In this document: one piece after another, positions 26,953 through 41,421 of the stretch
How the letters are laid out: every line of letters starts with the position of its first letter
Position numbering within the stretch: position 1 is the stretch's first letter
DNA from: Octopus sinensis
Taxonomy: Eukaryota
NCBI RefSeq assembly: GCF_006345805.1
Contig: NC_042998.1
Coordinates: 14,818,001-14,882,000, forward strand
DNA: 64,000 nucleotides
Direction: 5' to 3'
Position numbers and translations under genes: made by a program
Notes under the pieces: model-generated
The model's input: the letters and a program-made list of their open reading frames with translations, nothing else
Told to the model about the DNA's origin: nothing
The model's database searches: none

Positions 26953-27130
26953 CGTGGCTGTGTGGTTTAGAATCTTGCTTCTAAACTATGTGGCCTCATT
27001 CAGTCCTAATGCTGGGCACCTTGGGCAAGTGTCTTCTATTGCTCCAGGTTGACCAGTACCTTGTAAGTAGATCTGATTAACATAAACTGAAAGTAGGCTT
27101 GTGCACACTTTAGCTTGGATGTCACTTGAC
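26953..27130 (+). mobile_element. Degenerate SINE family B head
   Basis: GTGGCTGTGTGG...TTCAGTCC...CTTGGGCAAGTGTCTTCT. Confidence 0.65.
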
Positions 27131-27391
27131 GTTCGTATGCAAACATCAGTTCTATTAGAAGATTGTTTATTTCCAGTCTTAAGTGGGAAACCTCTTTGAC
27201 CATGGGACATGATGTAATAGCGAATATTAGATCTACATTTATATATATTTATATCCCTATGTATATTCATTTCTGCATGTATGCTCACAAATTAGGAAGT
27301 TTTTACATTTCTATATTTAAGAGATGAGGAATTATGTACATTATCATTATTTACATTTGATGGATATTTGTCCTCATCTTGTTTGGTTGTT

Positions 27392-27437
27392 AACACAATA
27401 TTTTGGTTGATATACCCTCCAGCCTTCATCAGGTGTC
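27392..27437 (-). ncRNA. Degenerate second copy of the same hammerhead motif
   Basis: Minus strand GACAC-CTGATGA-A-GGCTG-gagggtatat-CAACC-AAAATATT-GTGTT; core GAAA is mutated to AAAA. Confidence 0.5.
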
Positions 27438-27680
27438 TTGGGTGAAATTTTGAACCTGAGTTCTCAATTCTTAAGTTATTTTTCGATATTGTTATTATGT
27501 AGGTCACTGCCTGGAATCAAACTCTGAATCTTGTGGGTAATAGCCCGTGCTTTTCACCACTACGCCATATACCCGTGGGCTGCTGACCCCAAGATTCCAA
27601 GTTCGATTCCAGGCAGTGACCTGAATAATAATATCGAAAAATACCTTAGGAATGAGAACCCAGGTTCAAAATGTCCCTAA

Positions 27681-27726
27681 GACACCTGATGAAGGCTGGA
27701 GAGTGTATCAGCCGAAACATTGTGTT
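27681..27726 (+). ncRNA. Minimal hammerhead ribozyme motif, one stem III mismatch
   Basis: GACAC-CTGATGA-A-GGCTG-gagagtgtat-CAGCC-GAAAC-AT-T-GTGTT; stem I GACAC/GTGTT, stem II GGCTG/CAGCC; stem III ACAT is likely decayed from palindromic ACGT. Confidence 0.65.
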
Positions 27727-27872
27727 AACAACAAACGATGAGGACAAATATCTGTTGAATGTAAATAATGGAAGTCTTTGTTTCCACCTGTTAAGTGATA
27801 TATCGGAAAGTTAATTTACGTTATTTGATCTTATTTATTAAAACGGTTTATAACAATTTAATTAAATTGTAA

Positions 27873-29021
27873 CATTTGTACTATAGGTTTATATTTATTC
27901 CATTTTCAACTTACTATTATTTTGGGTTTGTAATTTTGTTTAGACACTTTGATAACATCGTAAATTGTACTTGGAGTAATTAATTGCTTTGATGTGTATC
28001 TTAATTTATAATCATGACTGTTATCAAAATTAGTGGGTCTTGAATCTCTGCTTAATGTTATCGACCAGTTATTAAAATAGGCTTGATCCCAACGTTGATT
28101 GATTACAGTAAGTGGCTTAGACTGTTTTTCGCCTGGTATCTTATATAAGAATAGTTTTTGGGGACCTGTTTACTAGACAAATCCCCTTTTCTATGATAGC
28201 CTACTATTTTTTCTTTTACAGAGCTAATTCATTGAGATTCGAATGATGCTTTTCCTTTAATTTACAGTTAAAATGATTGCCACACTTTAGATATCAGAAT
28301 TGGGAGTTATTGAGAATATATATTTCCTTGTATTTACTCTGATATTTTATTTACAATGTTTTTATCATTACGCATTTACTTAAATCGTCTTTAGAATCAG
28401 CCCCACACACACACGCACACACATTCTCACTCTTTACCAGATTGGTTTCAGTGAGTCACTTAGTTAATCCATTTGCATCTTATCCAATCATTCCGATTCG
28501 TATTTCATGTCGTTAGAAATATTATTTATTTATTTTCATTTTTCCTGTTGTATAATGTTCATGCATTAGCACTCTCTGACCTACTTTTTACATAGAGAAC
28601 TTGTCATATGAAGATCTTTCCAGATGCATTATCGATGGTTGTAACTAAAACATAAATGAGGCCAAGAGATATTGACAAATTTTTTCCTACTATTTTATAA
28701 GAACTTTGCCCATGAGTTACAAACATGACTATCGAATTAATGATTTGTCACTGGAGAGTTTAATTTGAAGAAAGGCTCAAGTTATAAAATTCTTTTCCAT
28801 AGAGTAACTTTGTCACTCAGACTGTTACTCATACTCTTGCTAAATGTTGCTTCACTTTATAAATCTTTAACACAACAAATGGCATTTGCTGCCTGTCTTA
28901 TGAACCAAAATTTTCTTTGTCTTTGAAAACCTAGCATTTGTACTGTAGATTTATATTTATTCCATTTTCAACTTAATATTATTTTGGCTTTGTAATTTTG
29001 TTTAGACACTCTGATAACATC
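27873..29021 (+). repeat. Pair of 87-bp direct repeats (27873-27959 and 28935-29021)
   Basis: Ungapped alignment with 5 mismatches in 87 nt. Confidence 0.85.
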
Positions 29022-30154
29022 ATTCAAGCTTAAGTAACTTAAGTAATTTTAATTAGATTTAAGTACTTGCTAGTTTTAAAAATTTTCTTTTCTTTCATAT
29101 AATACACATAAGCCAGTTTTAATTACATTACTGAATACCACTTTTTGTTTTTATTAAAAATTGCTATCATTATTAACATAACTTTAAGAGAAAGGTTTGT
29201 TCAATTTTTTAATCTTGCTTGATTTCTAATTACTATTGATTTCTAATGTAGACACGAGGCCACAAAGTGTGAAATTATTGGTTATAGTCAGTGTGATCAA
29301 ACTCGTAATTTGACTGGTACTTGTTTTTATTAAATGAAAGCAAAATCCTTATCAATGTCATTTGAACTCAGAATGTAAAAAGATTTTGTTCTGTCAATTT
29401 GTTTTAGAAATAATAATTATTATTATAATTATAACATTGTAAAAACAAAGTCACGAAAATGGAAAATACACTAAATTAGTTATGATGACTGTGGATGCTT
29501 AGTAGCAAAAGGGTAAAATTTGTGTCAATCCTCATTAGAGCATAAAGTTGAATCTCACCAAAGTTATCATACTAAATAATTTGACATGAAGACATGCAAG
29601 TCCTTCAAAACTCTGCCTCCTTTGGAACGGTATTTTTACAAGGGTACTTTCTAAGTCTTTTTGTGAGGGTTTTTTTACTTAACTGCATCCATATTGAGAA
29701 GTCACCTATTTCTACAATCCATGACCTACTTACACCATCATATAAGCTTCTCTTTCACCTGAAAGCTTGCAGCATGTCTTTTCTATCTAATTGAAAGATG
29801 AATTTTTCACCCACACAATACATTATACTTAGAATAAATAAAATTTATATAATTTTACAATATTAAGAAATGGCAACTATTTGGAACTGAACTGAATTTG
29901 TAAACGAGTGTAGGTATGTAAACAAAAGAATGAGTGTATAACATGTCATAGGCACATAAATACAGCAATTAAAATATAAGAAGTTTGGATGCCACTGGAT
30001 TAGGATTCGAAGTTGAATTGTAAAATTGTTATGAATGGTTTTGTTCAAATTTGTTATCCAAAGGGTGTAAGGTCACAAGCCGATAATGTACTGGCTACCT
30101 TTGATAGATCTTCATTCAAACCTTCCAAATTGAAAATGTGTTCTGTGTGCACGT

Positions 30155-30357
30155 CTGTACAGGTGGCACATAAAAAGCACCATTTGGGTGTGGCCGTTGC
30201 CAGTACCACCAAACTGGACCTCTACACTCTTGGAGTGTTTGGCGTTAGGAAGGGCATCCAGCTGTAGAAACTCTGCTAGATCAGATTGGAGTCTGGTTCG
30301 CCAGACCTCAGTCAAATCGTCCAGCCCATGGAAAGCGGACGTTAAATGATGATGATG
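30155..30357 (+). mobile_element. Repeat family A copy
   Basis: Same core and (GAT)n tail. Confidence 0.8.
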
Positions 30358-31808
30358 TGTCCTTGGACCCTCTCCTTGTTTTATTGGCAGGGTGGGTAGA
30401 TATTGCCATCTCCAAGAACGTATTTCATGTACTGGAATGACTCTTTCAGCTCCTCACTTGTCACTGAAGGGCAATGCATTGTGTTGTCTGTTGAGACTAC
30501 GAAACATTTGCATGACTCACAGCAATGCATTTCTCACATTTTTATCTTTACAGTCAAAACAATTTATAACCTTCACATGCATCTATCACGTTTCGCATCA
30601 TCTGAACAAAATTTTGAATGTAAGAAAATGATCTTCAGTTTAAAATCCTGAAATAAAAGTGTAAATCACGAACTGACGTTGGGATTATTTTGATCATTAC
30701 AGACCATGAATTATGGATTATAATAGATGCTGCTAATTTTAATCAGTTTAATACACCTTGAACAAATGTATTGGCTTGGAAATGGGAAATCTGTTATTGC
30801 TGCAATTGTTTGGTTCATTCATTTGCATATGACAATATTGCTAATAATGTAAACTTGGATATTTAGAGGGATTTTGCAAAGTAAATTATTATTAAACTGC
30901 TGCTGTGTAAACTATGAGTATATGCTTTATGGAACCTAAAGCAGATTGATGGCAAAAGGGTTAAATATGTTTTTATTATTAATTTGAAATGATCATAAAA
31001 AGATATAAAAATGCAGTTTTTCATTTATAGAATAGACGTGTTTTGCTTACATATTTTAATGTTCCAAAGAATTCAAACTATATACTTCTAATGTAAGAAT
31101 TGATGGTAGTTAAAGCGTTTTATCAATATGAGAAATCTGTATTATACATACCTTTCATTTTATTGAAGCCTGAAAGTTTTTTTTTCTACTTCATATGCTA
31201 TTTTCTTCCTCATGTGCACAGTGGATTTACATATACCACATTCCTGATAGTGTCATCATTGTTGTTTTAGCACCCACGTTTGTATGAGGTAAATTTTCTG
31301 TAGCCAGATGCCCTTCACATGCATTTTGCACAAAACGAATAGCATTGCATATATGATGGTGATGTTTGTTTACAAACATCACATGATGCCAAAAGAAAGA
31401 CATACACAACAAGCTTCTTTTAGTTTCGATCTACAAAATCTACTCCAGGCTTTTAATAGAGGATAGTTGCCTAATTATCTGGGCAGTGGAACTGAATTTG
31501 AAATCTCATGGTTGAGAAGCAAGCTTTAACCACACAGCAATACTAGAGCCTATATTGTGTACTAAATCCCTTTTTCTGTTTTGATCAATTATTGTCAATA
31601 ACTTGAGCATAAAGGTGCTGTGTGTTCCTACTGTTTCTAGAGACAAATAATCATCTGAATACCTAAATATACTGCTTAAACTTTTCATACCTAACTAAGA
31701 GTCTAAGCTTGTCTTTTGCTAAGACCTATTTTTATAAATAGGTGATTTAATTTACTTGAAACAATTCAGTTCCGTATCCTAAAATGATGTGCAAGTCTAT
31801 TTTTGTGT

Positions 31809-32005
31809 CGACCCTTTTGCTTTCAGAATCCTTTGCCAAATGCAATGCTTAGGTATTCATTGTTTTGAATCAATCCTGCAGTATCTCATAGCTTTGGAAT
31901 TTCGATAGTATTATTGTTTAGGTGTGATAGGCCAAATCGGGCCAGTTTGAGCATAAAACAGAATGTCTGGGCCAGATATGACTGATTTAAATGCTTAAGG
32001 GTTGA
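31809..32005. mobile_element. Degenerate MITE family D copy
   Basis: acccttttgc...gccagatatgactgatttaaatgcttaagggtt. Confidence 0.6.
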
Positions 32006-35000
32006 TGTGTATAAAATGTATACATGCACATCTTGTTATGCTATTTTAGTTGTACTTTGCATTAATTTCCAGTCTAAATAACAAGGCTAAAAATGTACTT
32101 TAGGGGCGTGCATTGAACTTGTAAGCTGTATAAAGTATCAGGAGAAATTTGTCAGAATTTCTTATTAATTAAAACACCAATTCAGTTTTTAAGTTTGTGT
32201 TTTGAAGTGTGAAATATATATATGAAGGCATTGTCAAAGCTCCAGTCTGGTAATTAATAAAACTATAGGTATCATAAAACACTTGACAAACCTACTCCCT
32301 GTAGAGAATGTTTAGCAATGTGATTATAGTAGAAGATAAAAACAAATCTCGTTAGGTTATTAATAGAATATAAAAGGATATGAAGAAATTATTCACGGTC
32401 TAATTGTCACTTAATCTCCACTGTTTTTTTAATTTTTTTTTTATTACATTGGGGAGAATTGCTAAGAAAATCATATTACTTTCTGTCTAGTTATTTATGA
32501 AAGATGTTATTCCTTTAAATCTTTCAAAACCAGCGGATTTTTACCCTGTATTACCCAAGGCTTTCCCTCCTAATTGTATTTGCTTTAACGATTAAAGGTA
32601 TGCAAGTGTCACAATTTAGGGATGTCTTAGATGGTTTTTTTCTAACAATGGTTTAGAGTGAGTTTGGTTGTTGTCAAAGAATTTAATGGTTGCTTGTAAA
32701 TTTTAGCATTGCAGAGATAATTCTCCAGTTGAGAGAATAAATGAAAAAAAAAAAAAATCCCAAAGATATGTAATCATAATTTCAATGTTGAATAGGTGTA
32801 TATTTGTAATATGTTAGTAAAATATTATAAAATAGTATAAAACACTTTCAAGGGGTTTATTGAATGATGGTTACAGTATCAGCTAACCTAAATCTCAGTA
32901 TATTTAGGTCATTGCATTTAATTTTAGTTATAATTGCAAGCTTTTAATGATTGCCTGAATTTAAAGTGATTTATATATGCACAGTTTAATGGGAAAACTA
33001 TTTTTAGAGCTCAGACTATTTTTAATTACACAAATAAGTATACTGCTTCAGATGAGATTAACTGTAAATATTTTCATCCCATGCATGAATTGATATTTTA
33101 TTAGATGTTAGCAAGTTTGGTTATAGCCTTGGGTTTGATTCCATTGCATTTAGGTGGTAGTTCTATGTCAGGCATTTGATAAATTTTATAGATATTATTT
33201 TGTAGGCAATAGTGATTTGTTATTCTTATTTCTCTCTCTACATTTACATATCTACAAATGCCAGCTGTGAGTTATTACCTTTGGGTTAACAATTTTCAAT
33301 ATTCACAGTTCTGAAGCAATTTCAATAAGTTTGGATTGGGGTATCATTTAGTTGCGAAACATTTTTTTGCTCTTTGATCTTTGCAACACTATCTCTTTAG
33401 AGAATCATCGATGTGGTTAAATCAAATATTTAATAAATTTATTTTCAGTCAGCTACTTCAGTTTTATTTACATTGCTGTAACATTTTCTATAATAAATAT
33501 GAAGTAAACACAGTGTTAAATGATGTAAAAAATATTACCTGAATCTAATAAATATGATTTTATGTAAAAACTTCATGTTTAAAATTTTGAATTTATTTGA
33601 TATATAGTTGTGATAAAGAGAATTAAAACATTAATTTAAACAGTGGAACAGGGAAAGTTTTAGTCACAAATATCAAACATATAAAAAAAAAAAGAAAAGA
33701 AAAATCATCTTGCGTGTTTAAATGTTTTGGCAATATTTCTACTTTAAATGCTTAGTTTTTTTTTTTTTTGTTTATCATCTCTGTTGAGGACTTTAAAATA
33801 AATTGGTTATATAAATGTCTTTGAAGACCTAAAAATAAAAGTCGAATTAAAACATTTGCAGCCTCCTTAATCTTTAAATTTGAAACAACTATTACACATG
33901 AATCACTGAGCCAGTATGTCAGTGTCTTGTAAGATATAAATTAACTGTAAAATCATACCCACCTGAGTCACAACTAATCTTTATTTCATATGGAATTTCT
34001 TTGGTGAATCTCACATACATCAATAGACAGTTTGCTAGCAAACTATTTCCTGTTATGACTTTATGTCGAAGGCAAGACAATAATCTTTGCCAATCGGCTA
34101 TTCTTTTGACAGAATCTTAGGATAGTGGTTTTTCAAAGTTTCTCCTTTTGGCTTGGAACTCTCACATGATTTCCAGGGAGTAGGGAGAAGATCTTGTTAG
34201 AGTTGCAGAAACTGCTACATTTTACAGACAACATTGCACTATCTTAATTTTGTGAGGAATTAAATGAAACAATGTGTTTGAAAAGGAGCACTAGAATTAT
34301 TTTTACATAAGTCACATTGAGAAGCATTGGCTTCAAAACCCTCATGATATTAAATCTGCCTGAGACCACCAAGTGATCAAAATTTCACGTTATATTTCAA
34401 ACCTCAGCTTAATAATGACATTTTACGTGATTCCTCCTTATTTGCAATTGAATTGAAACATATGTAGAGTGTTGTTCAACAAAAATTTGGTAACAAGAGT
34501 TAGAGGGGGTGGTTCTTGCAGGTTTTACTTTTCAAATAGTTTCTGTCTACCACTGACTTTGTAATGTGTATCAGATTTTCTCAGATAACTGATTGAATGA
34601 AGTCACATGGAATGCTAAATTTATTCTAGTATATTAATTATTCTTCCTTTTCTCCAAGCTGTTGTAAATATCTCTTCATTGCATTGCAACACCTGATGCT
34701 GTGAGGTCTGCTCTTAAAAGCTGTACACTTTGGGTGGTGCCTTGAGTGAAGATTGAATGCCAAGTGTAAATTTCTATACGCTACACGTGTTTGTACGCTT
34801 CTTAGAATGGTATATTTTCATTACATAATAGTGCACAGTATTTAATGTATAGTAGTTCCTTTTTGAGGGATCTGGCCACTTTCAGGAAAGCTTTTGCATG
34901 CTTCTTAGGACTAACCAGCTTGTGCTTGACTGCTGTTGGCATGAAATCTGTTTCGTCTTTGGTTTTCAAAGGCATGGCAGATGGTTGAGAGAAGTTTGCT

Positions 35001-35549
35001 TTACGCCTACGTCATTTGGGATTCAGCTCCATTGTATGAGCTACCTATCCCTGGGCTGACCAGTCTTGTGAATGGATTTGGTTTGGACAAAAGACATGTG
35101 TGCATGCAGAATAGAGAGGGACACCTGTAATTGTTTCCAACTGAAAGTACAGTGGTAGTGTTTTCAGCCTCTCGTGTCAGCAAATCGTCTGATCACTTTG
35201 TACCTTCAAAATCATATAGAATAAAAGATCCTTTACATGCAAAAATGGAAAATTTAGCATCAAGGAGGATATCTAGTTTTGAAGGAATATCTCAAAAATG
35301 ACATTTTTTATCCAATCCATGCAAAAAAAATGGGATTTAAAAAAAGAAACGAATGAAAAAACCTTTGTAAAAATGAATGTAAAATGAACAAAAAGTACTG
35401 TAGCATTCCTATTTTCATCAAAATATGTATGAAGAAATTTTATTTGAAAAGCTTTTTACTGTTTGGCAAAACAAATTTCATAATCGCTTTTCAATTTGAA
35501 ATGAAATATTGGTGTCATTTTTTAAATAATTATTTGTTTGTACTCTCCA

Positions 35550-35695
35550 AAATGGTTGGTGTTATGAAGGGCATCCACCTGTAAAAACTCTGCTGAAAAC
35601 AGACACATTAGCCTAGGGTAGTTTTTCTGCATGGCTGGCCCCTGTCAACCGTCCTACCCATGCATGCATGGAAGGACTTTAAATGATGATAATGA
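35550..35695 (+). mobile_element. Degenerate family A core
   Basis: ggttggtgttatgaagggcatcc...catggaaggactttaaatgatgat. Confidence 0.65.
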
Positions 35696-38600
35696 AGACG
35701 GTTCAGTTCAGCTGAAATTCAGTTTTAGGTTGAGCAGATTAAAGCTATTTTATCCTCTGAGCTTATATCCATTTCATGATAATGTGTGATTTTAGGGAGA
35801 TTTCGCTACTTCCAACAGATTGCGTAAGCCCAGTTAAAGTTTCCTTATTGGCTTGTTTATATTGAAACAAAATAAAATATGTAACATAGCCGAGCTTTGA
35901 TAGTGAATTCCTTTTGAGAAATCTTGTTTAAAAATGCTACTGTATGTTTCTACCTCCAAAAACATGCTTGCTATAAATTTCTTATTCTTATAGTATAGGA
36001 ATTCTTCAGGATTGTTTATTGTAGCAACCAGCTCTATAAGTATTAGGAAGTATTCATTAGTAAATGACTGTGTAATTAATTGATGTAAAGAGAACAGATT
36101 TAAATTTGTTTCAAGCCTTAATGTGTATTAATGCCTTTTCCAAGTGTGTTAACTATGAAGTGAACTAGTTGGCGTTGGTAAATTAAAGGATAGAAAATTG
36201 TTCTTAGGAGCGTTCATTTTCTTTTTGTAATTGCAACCTATATTAATAATTCACGATGATTGTATATTATTGCTACGATTCTGACTTTAGTTAGACATTA
36301 AAATTTAGGTTAAATTAACCCTCCAAATATTTTACTGCTTCTCTTTAAATTTAGGTTTAGAACATAATGTGTAATGAAATGTTTAAATTTACTTAGGGTG
36401 CCAATATTTTTCACATTCTTGTAGATAATCTTATACACTTGATGTTCACTTTCTGAGTTTTCTAGAAAGTTCTTTACACAATATCACATTAATATTTAGA
36501 TTAAAAAGCACTGGTTGTAAGAGGATGTTATGTTGAGAAGCACAGGCTACAGTGTTGAAGATCACAAAATATAAATTGATAACCAACCAGCAATCCGGCT
36601 TGACATTATTTTATGAATTCTCCTGGAGTGCATATGCTTTAAATAGAAACATTTTAACTGCTTTGTAATTATATTTCTGTGTTTCAATTAAGTCTTGAAA
36701 TAATCAGATACTTAAATTGGTATTGTAAGACTATTTGTGTGCATAATAAATGAGTTTTGGCTATTTTTTCCAACTTCTGTCCGTTATGGCAAGAATTGCC
36801 TTAATTTTGTCTAGTTTGGTCACTTTTCCCATTTAGTCTGCTGTTAGATTTGCATTAAAACAAACAAGAGTAAATAATTAATGGTTTTAAAGTCCTGGAA
36901 ATGACTGATTGGGTCCAGTTTCTTTTGGAATGCATGAAATAGAAACAAATTTCTGTCACAACTCTTTCTGGAGACCATTGTTTCTGCCGCTCGTCTCACT
37001 GGAAGAAATTGAAATGTTCATTTGAAGGCCACCATGTGTAGGATTTAAAAAAAGAAAAATTTGTTGTAGCTGAAAATGATCCAAAGCGAGTTGCTATTAT
37101 TATATCTGAAATTTTCATGTAACTTTTTTAAAAAGGATTTTATATAAATGATGAAGCTAAGGATTTAGGAGAAATAGAACAGAACCAGGACATGCACAAT
37201 TCATGCTGTAACAAGCATTAACATCTTGTACAAGTGTTTACACGTACATGATGTAACTTCTTTACTTGTTTACTTGAACTGGTAACATTTTCTTCAGTAT
37301 TTTGATTTTAATGGAAAGCATACAGAGTCGGGCAGTTTTCAGAAAACGAAAGAGTTAATGAGCTTAATCATAATGTTACTTTGAGTGAAAATATATAATT
37401 ATACTAATACTAATTTTTTCACCTTGATTAATTAGACAAATTGCAAAATGTATGCTGTGAATTTCTATTACTGTAGGAAAGTAATATTACATGGCAATCA
37501 GATTGATTTAAGCATTATTAATGATTAAAAATAAGTATGTTTAGGATCAAATACAAATTCTGTGCCAGTGCTAGAGTCATTAGCTACTTTATATTAGGTT
37601 TTATATCTTCAGTAATAATCAAAAATTCTTTATTATAATTTTGAAAATGTTATATATAAAAAAGGTTTGGCTTGCTAAAGGTACGCCAAGGTTAAATGAT
37701 TTTCATTTCTTAGTATAACTAATTTGTTTGACCCATCTGTTCATGGTTCTATCTTTCTAATATTGTATTATCACTGAAGAGTATACAACCTTGTAGAAGT
37801 TAAGGTTTCATTCAAAGAATCAGTCATGGGTATTACTCCTGCAGATAAAGTTCCAGGCATCATGTTGTGAGCCATTGCTTGTTTGTCAAAAAAGTTTCAA
37901 GAGGTGTGAAGATAACTCCCTCAAGTTTTCTTTTGTTGAAGAAACAATAGAATCTATCGTAAATAATTTAGTTTTTCTTTCAGTCAGTTTACTTGAGTGT
38001 TCCACTTTGTTAAGTGTCGAGTATAAATTATGAAAATCAATGCATTTTAACACATTGAAACATTTTTCACCCCACCCCGTGCTTTTGGTAGTACTCAATT
38101 TCAAATGCGAGTTTTGCTTGTATTAAAATCTAAGATATATTTACTTAATCTGAACTCAATAAAAGCATGTCACTTTTTCTTTTAGAATCTAGTATGAAAA
38201 TGAGATTACCAAAATATGTGATGTATATAAAACATGGTTTATGTTGAGTGATGTGTGTATATTTAGCAAGAACTGTGTTTATAAAGCGACTGTTTATTTT
38301 AATGCTTGTAAAATATAGATTTGTACAATGTTGGAACACGCTGATTTTCATTCTTATCCTTGCTTTCCCATATCTCAACATGTATGTCTGCAGCAGTATT
38401 TTGTGGCTTCAAATTACGACTTAACGGTATCTCTTCAGTAAATCTCAATTAAAATCTGTCAATTTATCTGTATTTTTATAAAAGTTTTCCCTACTAAGTA
38501 TAGGAAACTATTGAAAGATTTGCAAAATGTAATGAAGCTATTTCACCAATGGTTAATGCCAACAGTCACTTGCCATTTTATGATGGGTAATATCATTAAA

Positions 38601-40829
38601 ATATTGGTGAGTGGTTGTAAAAAAAAAGAATCTAGCAAGCCAGCTATGTTTGACATTTAGGTATAATTAGATAGGTTAGAAATCACTTAAGTTATTTTTC
38701 TACAAATTCAGGTTATTTTAGAAACTTGCATAATTTTTATCTTTTCCATATTTTGAAACCTAACTTAACCTTCGCGTAGCTACACTTTGAGAGGAGTTCA
38801 ATTCATGATATAAATATTGGTATATTGTAATGGCCTTTTCCGGTGTCTTTGTCAGGATATTAGGCCACTGTTATTTAATGGATACAAGTTTGTAAATGGT
38901 GTCATCTCAGTGTATTGGAAGGGATGTGTTTTTTCTAATAACTTTCTCACTCCCTTTCTATCTATCTTCATATTCATGTATTTGAAAATTTGGCAGTGAC
39001 TGGATAAAGACTGAACTTAAGTAAATAAATCAATGTTAATGGTTCTTAAAATAGAATGCTTGATGATCCACAGAAATGTCTAGGAACCTGTAACCTGTAG
39101 TCAGGAGAACATGGTGATTACATTCATGCACTTGTTTTTAAGCAGTTGTTCAATGGACCCTTTGATATCGTCTACTAACTGGTAAAGATATTAGTTTGGA
39201 ATTCATATTTTTTCCTTTACTAAAAGAAATAGAAACTGTGAAAACAAAACCATAGACACAGAAACCACTTGTTAACCAGTTTTATTGGGTGCTCTGTCAA
39301 TGTCCTAATTAAACAATTGTTGCTATATTTTCAACTAACATTTTCTTGGAGAGTTGTCCATAAATTCCTCTACACAGTACCTTCTTGTCACTGATCCTTT
39401 ATGATCAAATTATTAAAATCATCCGACAAAGTTCTTAAATATTTTGAATGCATGTGTATTTACATCTTGATTATGTGAAAGTCTTAACATTCACATGTTG
39501 TTAAGAACTTCTGTCAATAAATTGCCTGCTCACTTTGTCCCTTCAAGTCCTTGTGGAATAAGAGATCTTTTACTTATTAAAAAAAAACGAGAGGGCATCC
39601 AACTATAAATGAATGCTTCAGTAGCATATTCATCTAACTCATGCCAACATGGAAAAGCAGATGTGGAACAAATGAATGAGAAATTGCATCTCATACTGAG
39701 TAAATGAATTTCTCATTCAATATTACCTAATATCATATCAGTAGCATGTGTCCAGTGTCAGTTTTTAACCTGAGGGTTTATGCTCAGTAGTTCTTGAAAA
39801 TCACCTAATTCAATTACTCTGTATTTTCTCGTTAGAGTGCATCTGTTATTTTGTAACTACACTGTTGCATTGGCATAGTTAATATTCTTTAACCTCTAGC
39901 TGCTATCTTTTCCTTGTACTGCAGTTATATGCTCATTTTGTGTACTTAACTATTTATGGTAATTAACAATAGGTAATTTGAATAATTCTGTCATTTCTAA
40001 TTGTGTGAGTGGGTGAGTATTTACTCCCATTAATTATAAGTTTTTATTGGTTGTGGAATATGACATTATTTTTATGAAAGGGAATTTGTAAAACATATAT
40101 ATATGAAATGTTGGAGGACAAAGAATAATGGCCATTGAATGGAAATGATTTGAATCGATGATGATTCGGGTGATTATCAAAAATATTGGTTGAAATTGCT
40201 AACTCCTGTTGTTCTATAATTTTATAATTTCTACCAATGCAAATTAGTAGTTGTGTGAAGTTTTAATGTTTTATAGTCCAGTGACTTATTCCCATTAGTA
40301 ACTTCACAAGTGCTAAACAACAATAAAATTATCTTGGTCTCAAAAGAAGCATACATAATTATATAGGTTGGAAATTATTTTCTTGTTCGAATGCTTACAA
40401 AAATTTTTAATAATTGCAGACAAGTTTGAAAAAATAATTAACTGCGTTGAAGCATGTGTGCGTATGTGTATACATGCACACACACACACACTTGGATTAC
40501 AGTTTTATATTATCTAAATTGAGATGTTGCAAGACAGTAAAAAAAAAAGAAAAAAAAATGTAATTAAAATATTGATACCACCTTCCTAACCCATCCATTA
40601 CATATAGATTCTGCGTAGTTAAATTTTAACTATTTTGTTATGATATTTTCTATTTAAATGCGTCAACGTAGTTAATTTTGAAAATAATATGTTTGGTAAA
40701 ATAACTTTTGTCATTATCAAGCTGGTGTTTGAAATACCAGTTAACGTGAAATTTTGATAATTTAGATCCTTCAAAAGAGAAAGTTTGTATTGTAGAATTA
40801 GGAGCAATATTACGTTGGTCAGTAATGAC

Positions 40830-41051
40830 CAACCTTTAGTTTTTAAACCGGCCATATCCGGCTAAAATATTTTACCTATTTTATGTTCAAACTAGTCAGA
40901 TATAGTCATTCATAGCTATTTTATTGTGTCATTTTAAAAATAATCACATCATTGAAATCTCAAAGCTATGAAATGATACAAGATTAATTTTACATGGTGT
41001 GAATACATAAGCTTTAGATTTTACAGAATAATCTGAATGCTAAAGGGTTAA
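40830..41051. mobile_element. MITE family D copy (opposite orientation)
   Basis: aacctttag...aaaccggccatatccggc...gaatgctaaaggg-TTAA. Confidence 0.75.
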
Positions 41052-41421
41052 GGCAGTTGTTGATATTGTTATCAATATGATGTATTATAAATATGATATA
41101 TTACAAACAAGCCTAACTTAATGGATATTTCGTAAATATAATCATTGTCATATCGTTTTGCAAACGTTTTTATATTGCTGTAAAATCAATTTACTGTATT
41201 AAATCGTAGTCAAGTAATGGAATCCTTAATTTTCTGTTGAAATGGAAAGAGTATTTTGTGTTAAAGTAGTATTTCAAATGCAGTGTAGCTGTGAAATCAG
41301 TTTCCAAAAGCAAACAGGAACAAAATTTGTTTACAAATATGTTGTTGTTGAAAAGAGCATTGTTTTCTTTACTCCTTATGGTTATACTTTTTATTGAAAG
41401 TTTTACTCATATTTATTACAC

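Larger units (their letters stand above)
27301..27769. mobile_element. tRNA-headed, hammerhead-containing SINE-like element in head-to-head inverted arrangement
   Basis: Left arm 27301-27580 (minus) has A box TGGCGTAGTGG (27557-27567) and B box GTTTGATTCC (27513-27522). Right arm 27577-27769 (plus) has B box GTTCGATTCC (27601-27610). The arms are reverse complements over about 190 nt. Flanked by GGAAGT direct repeats (27295-27300, 27770-27775). Confidence 0.78.
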
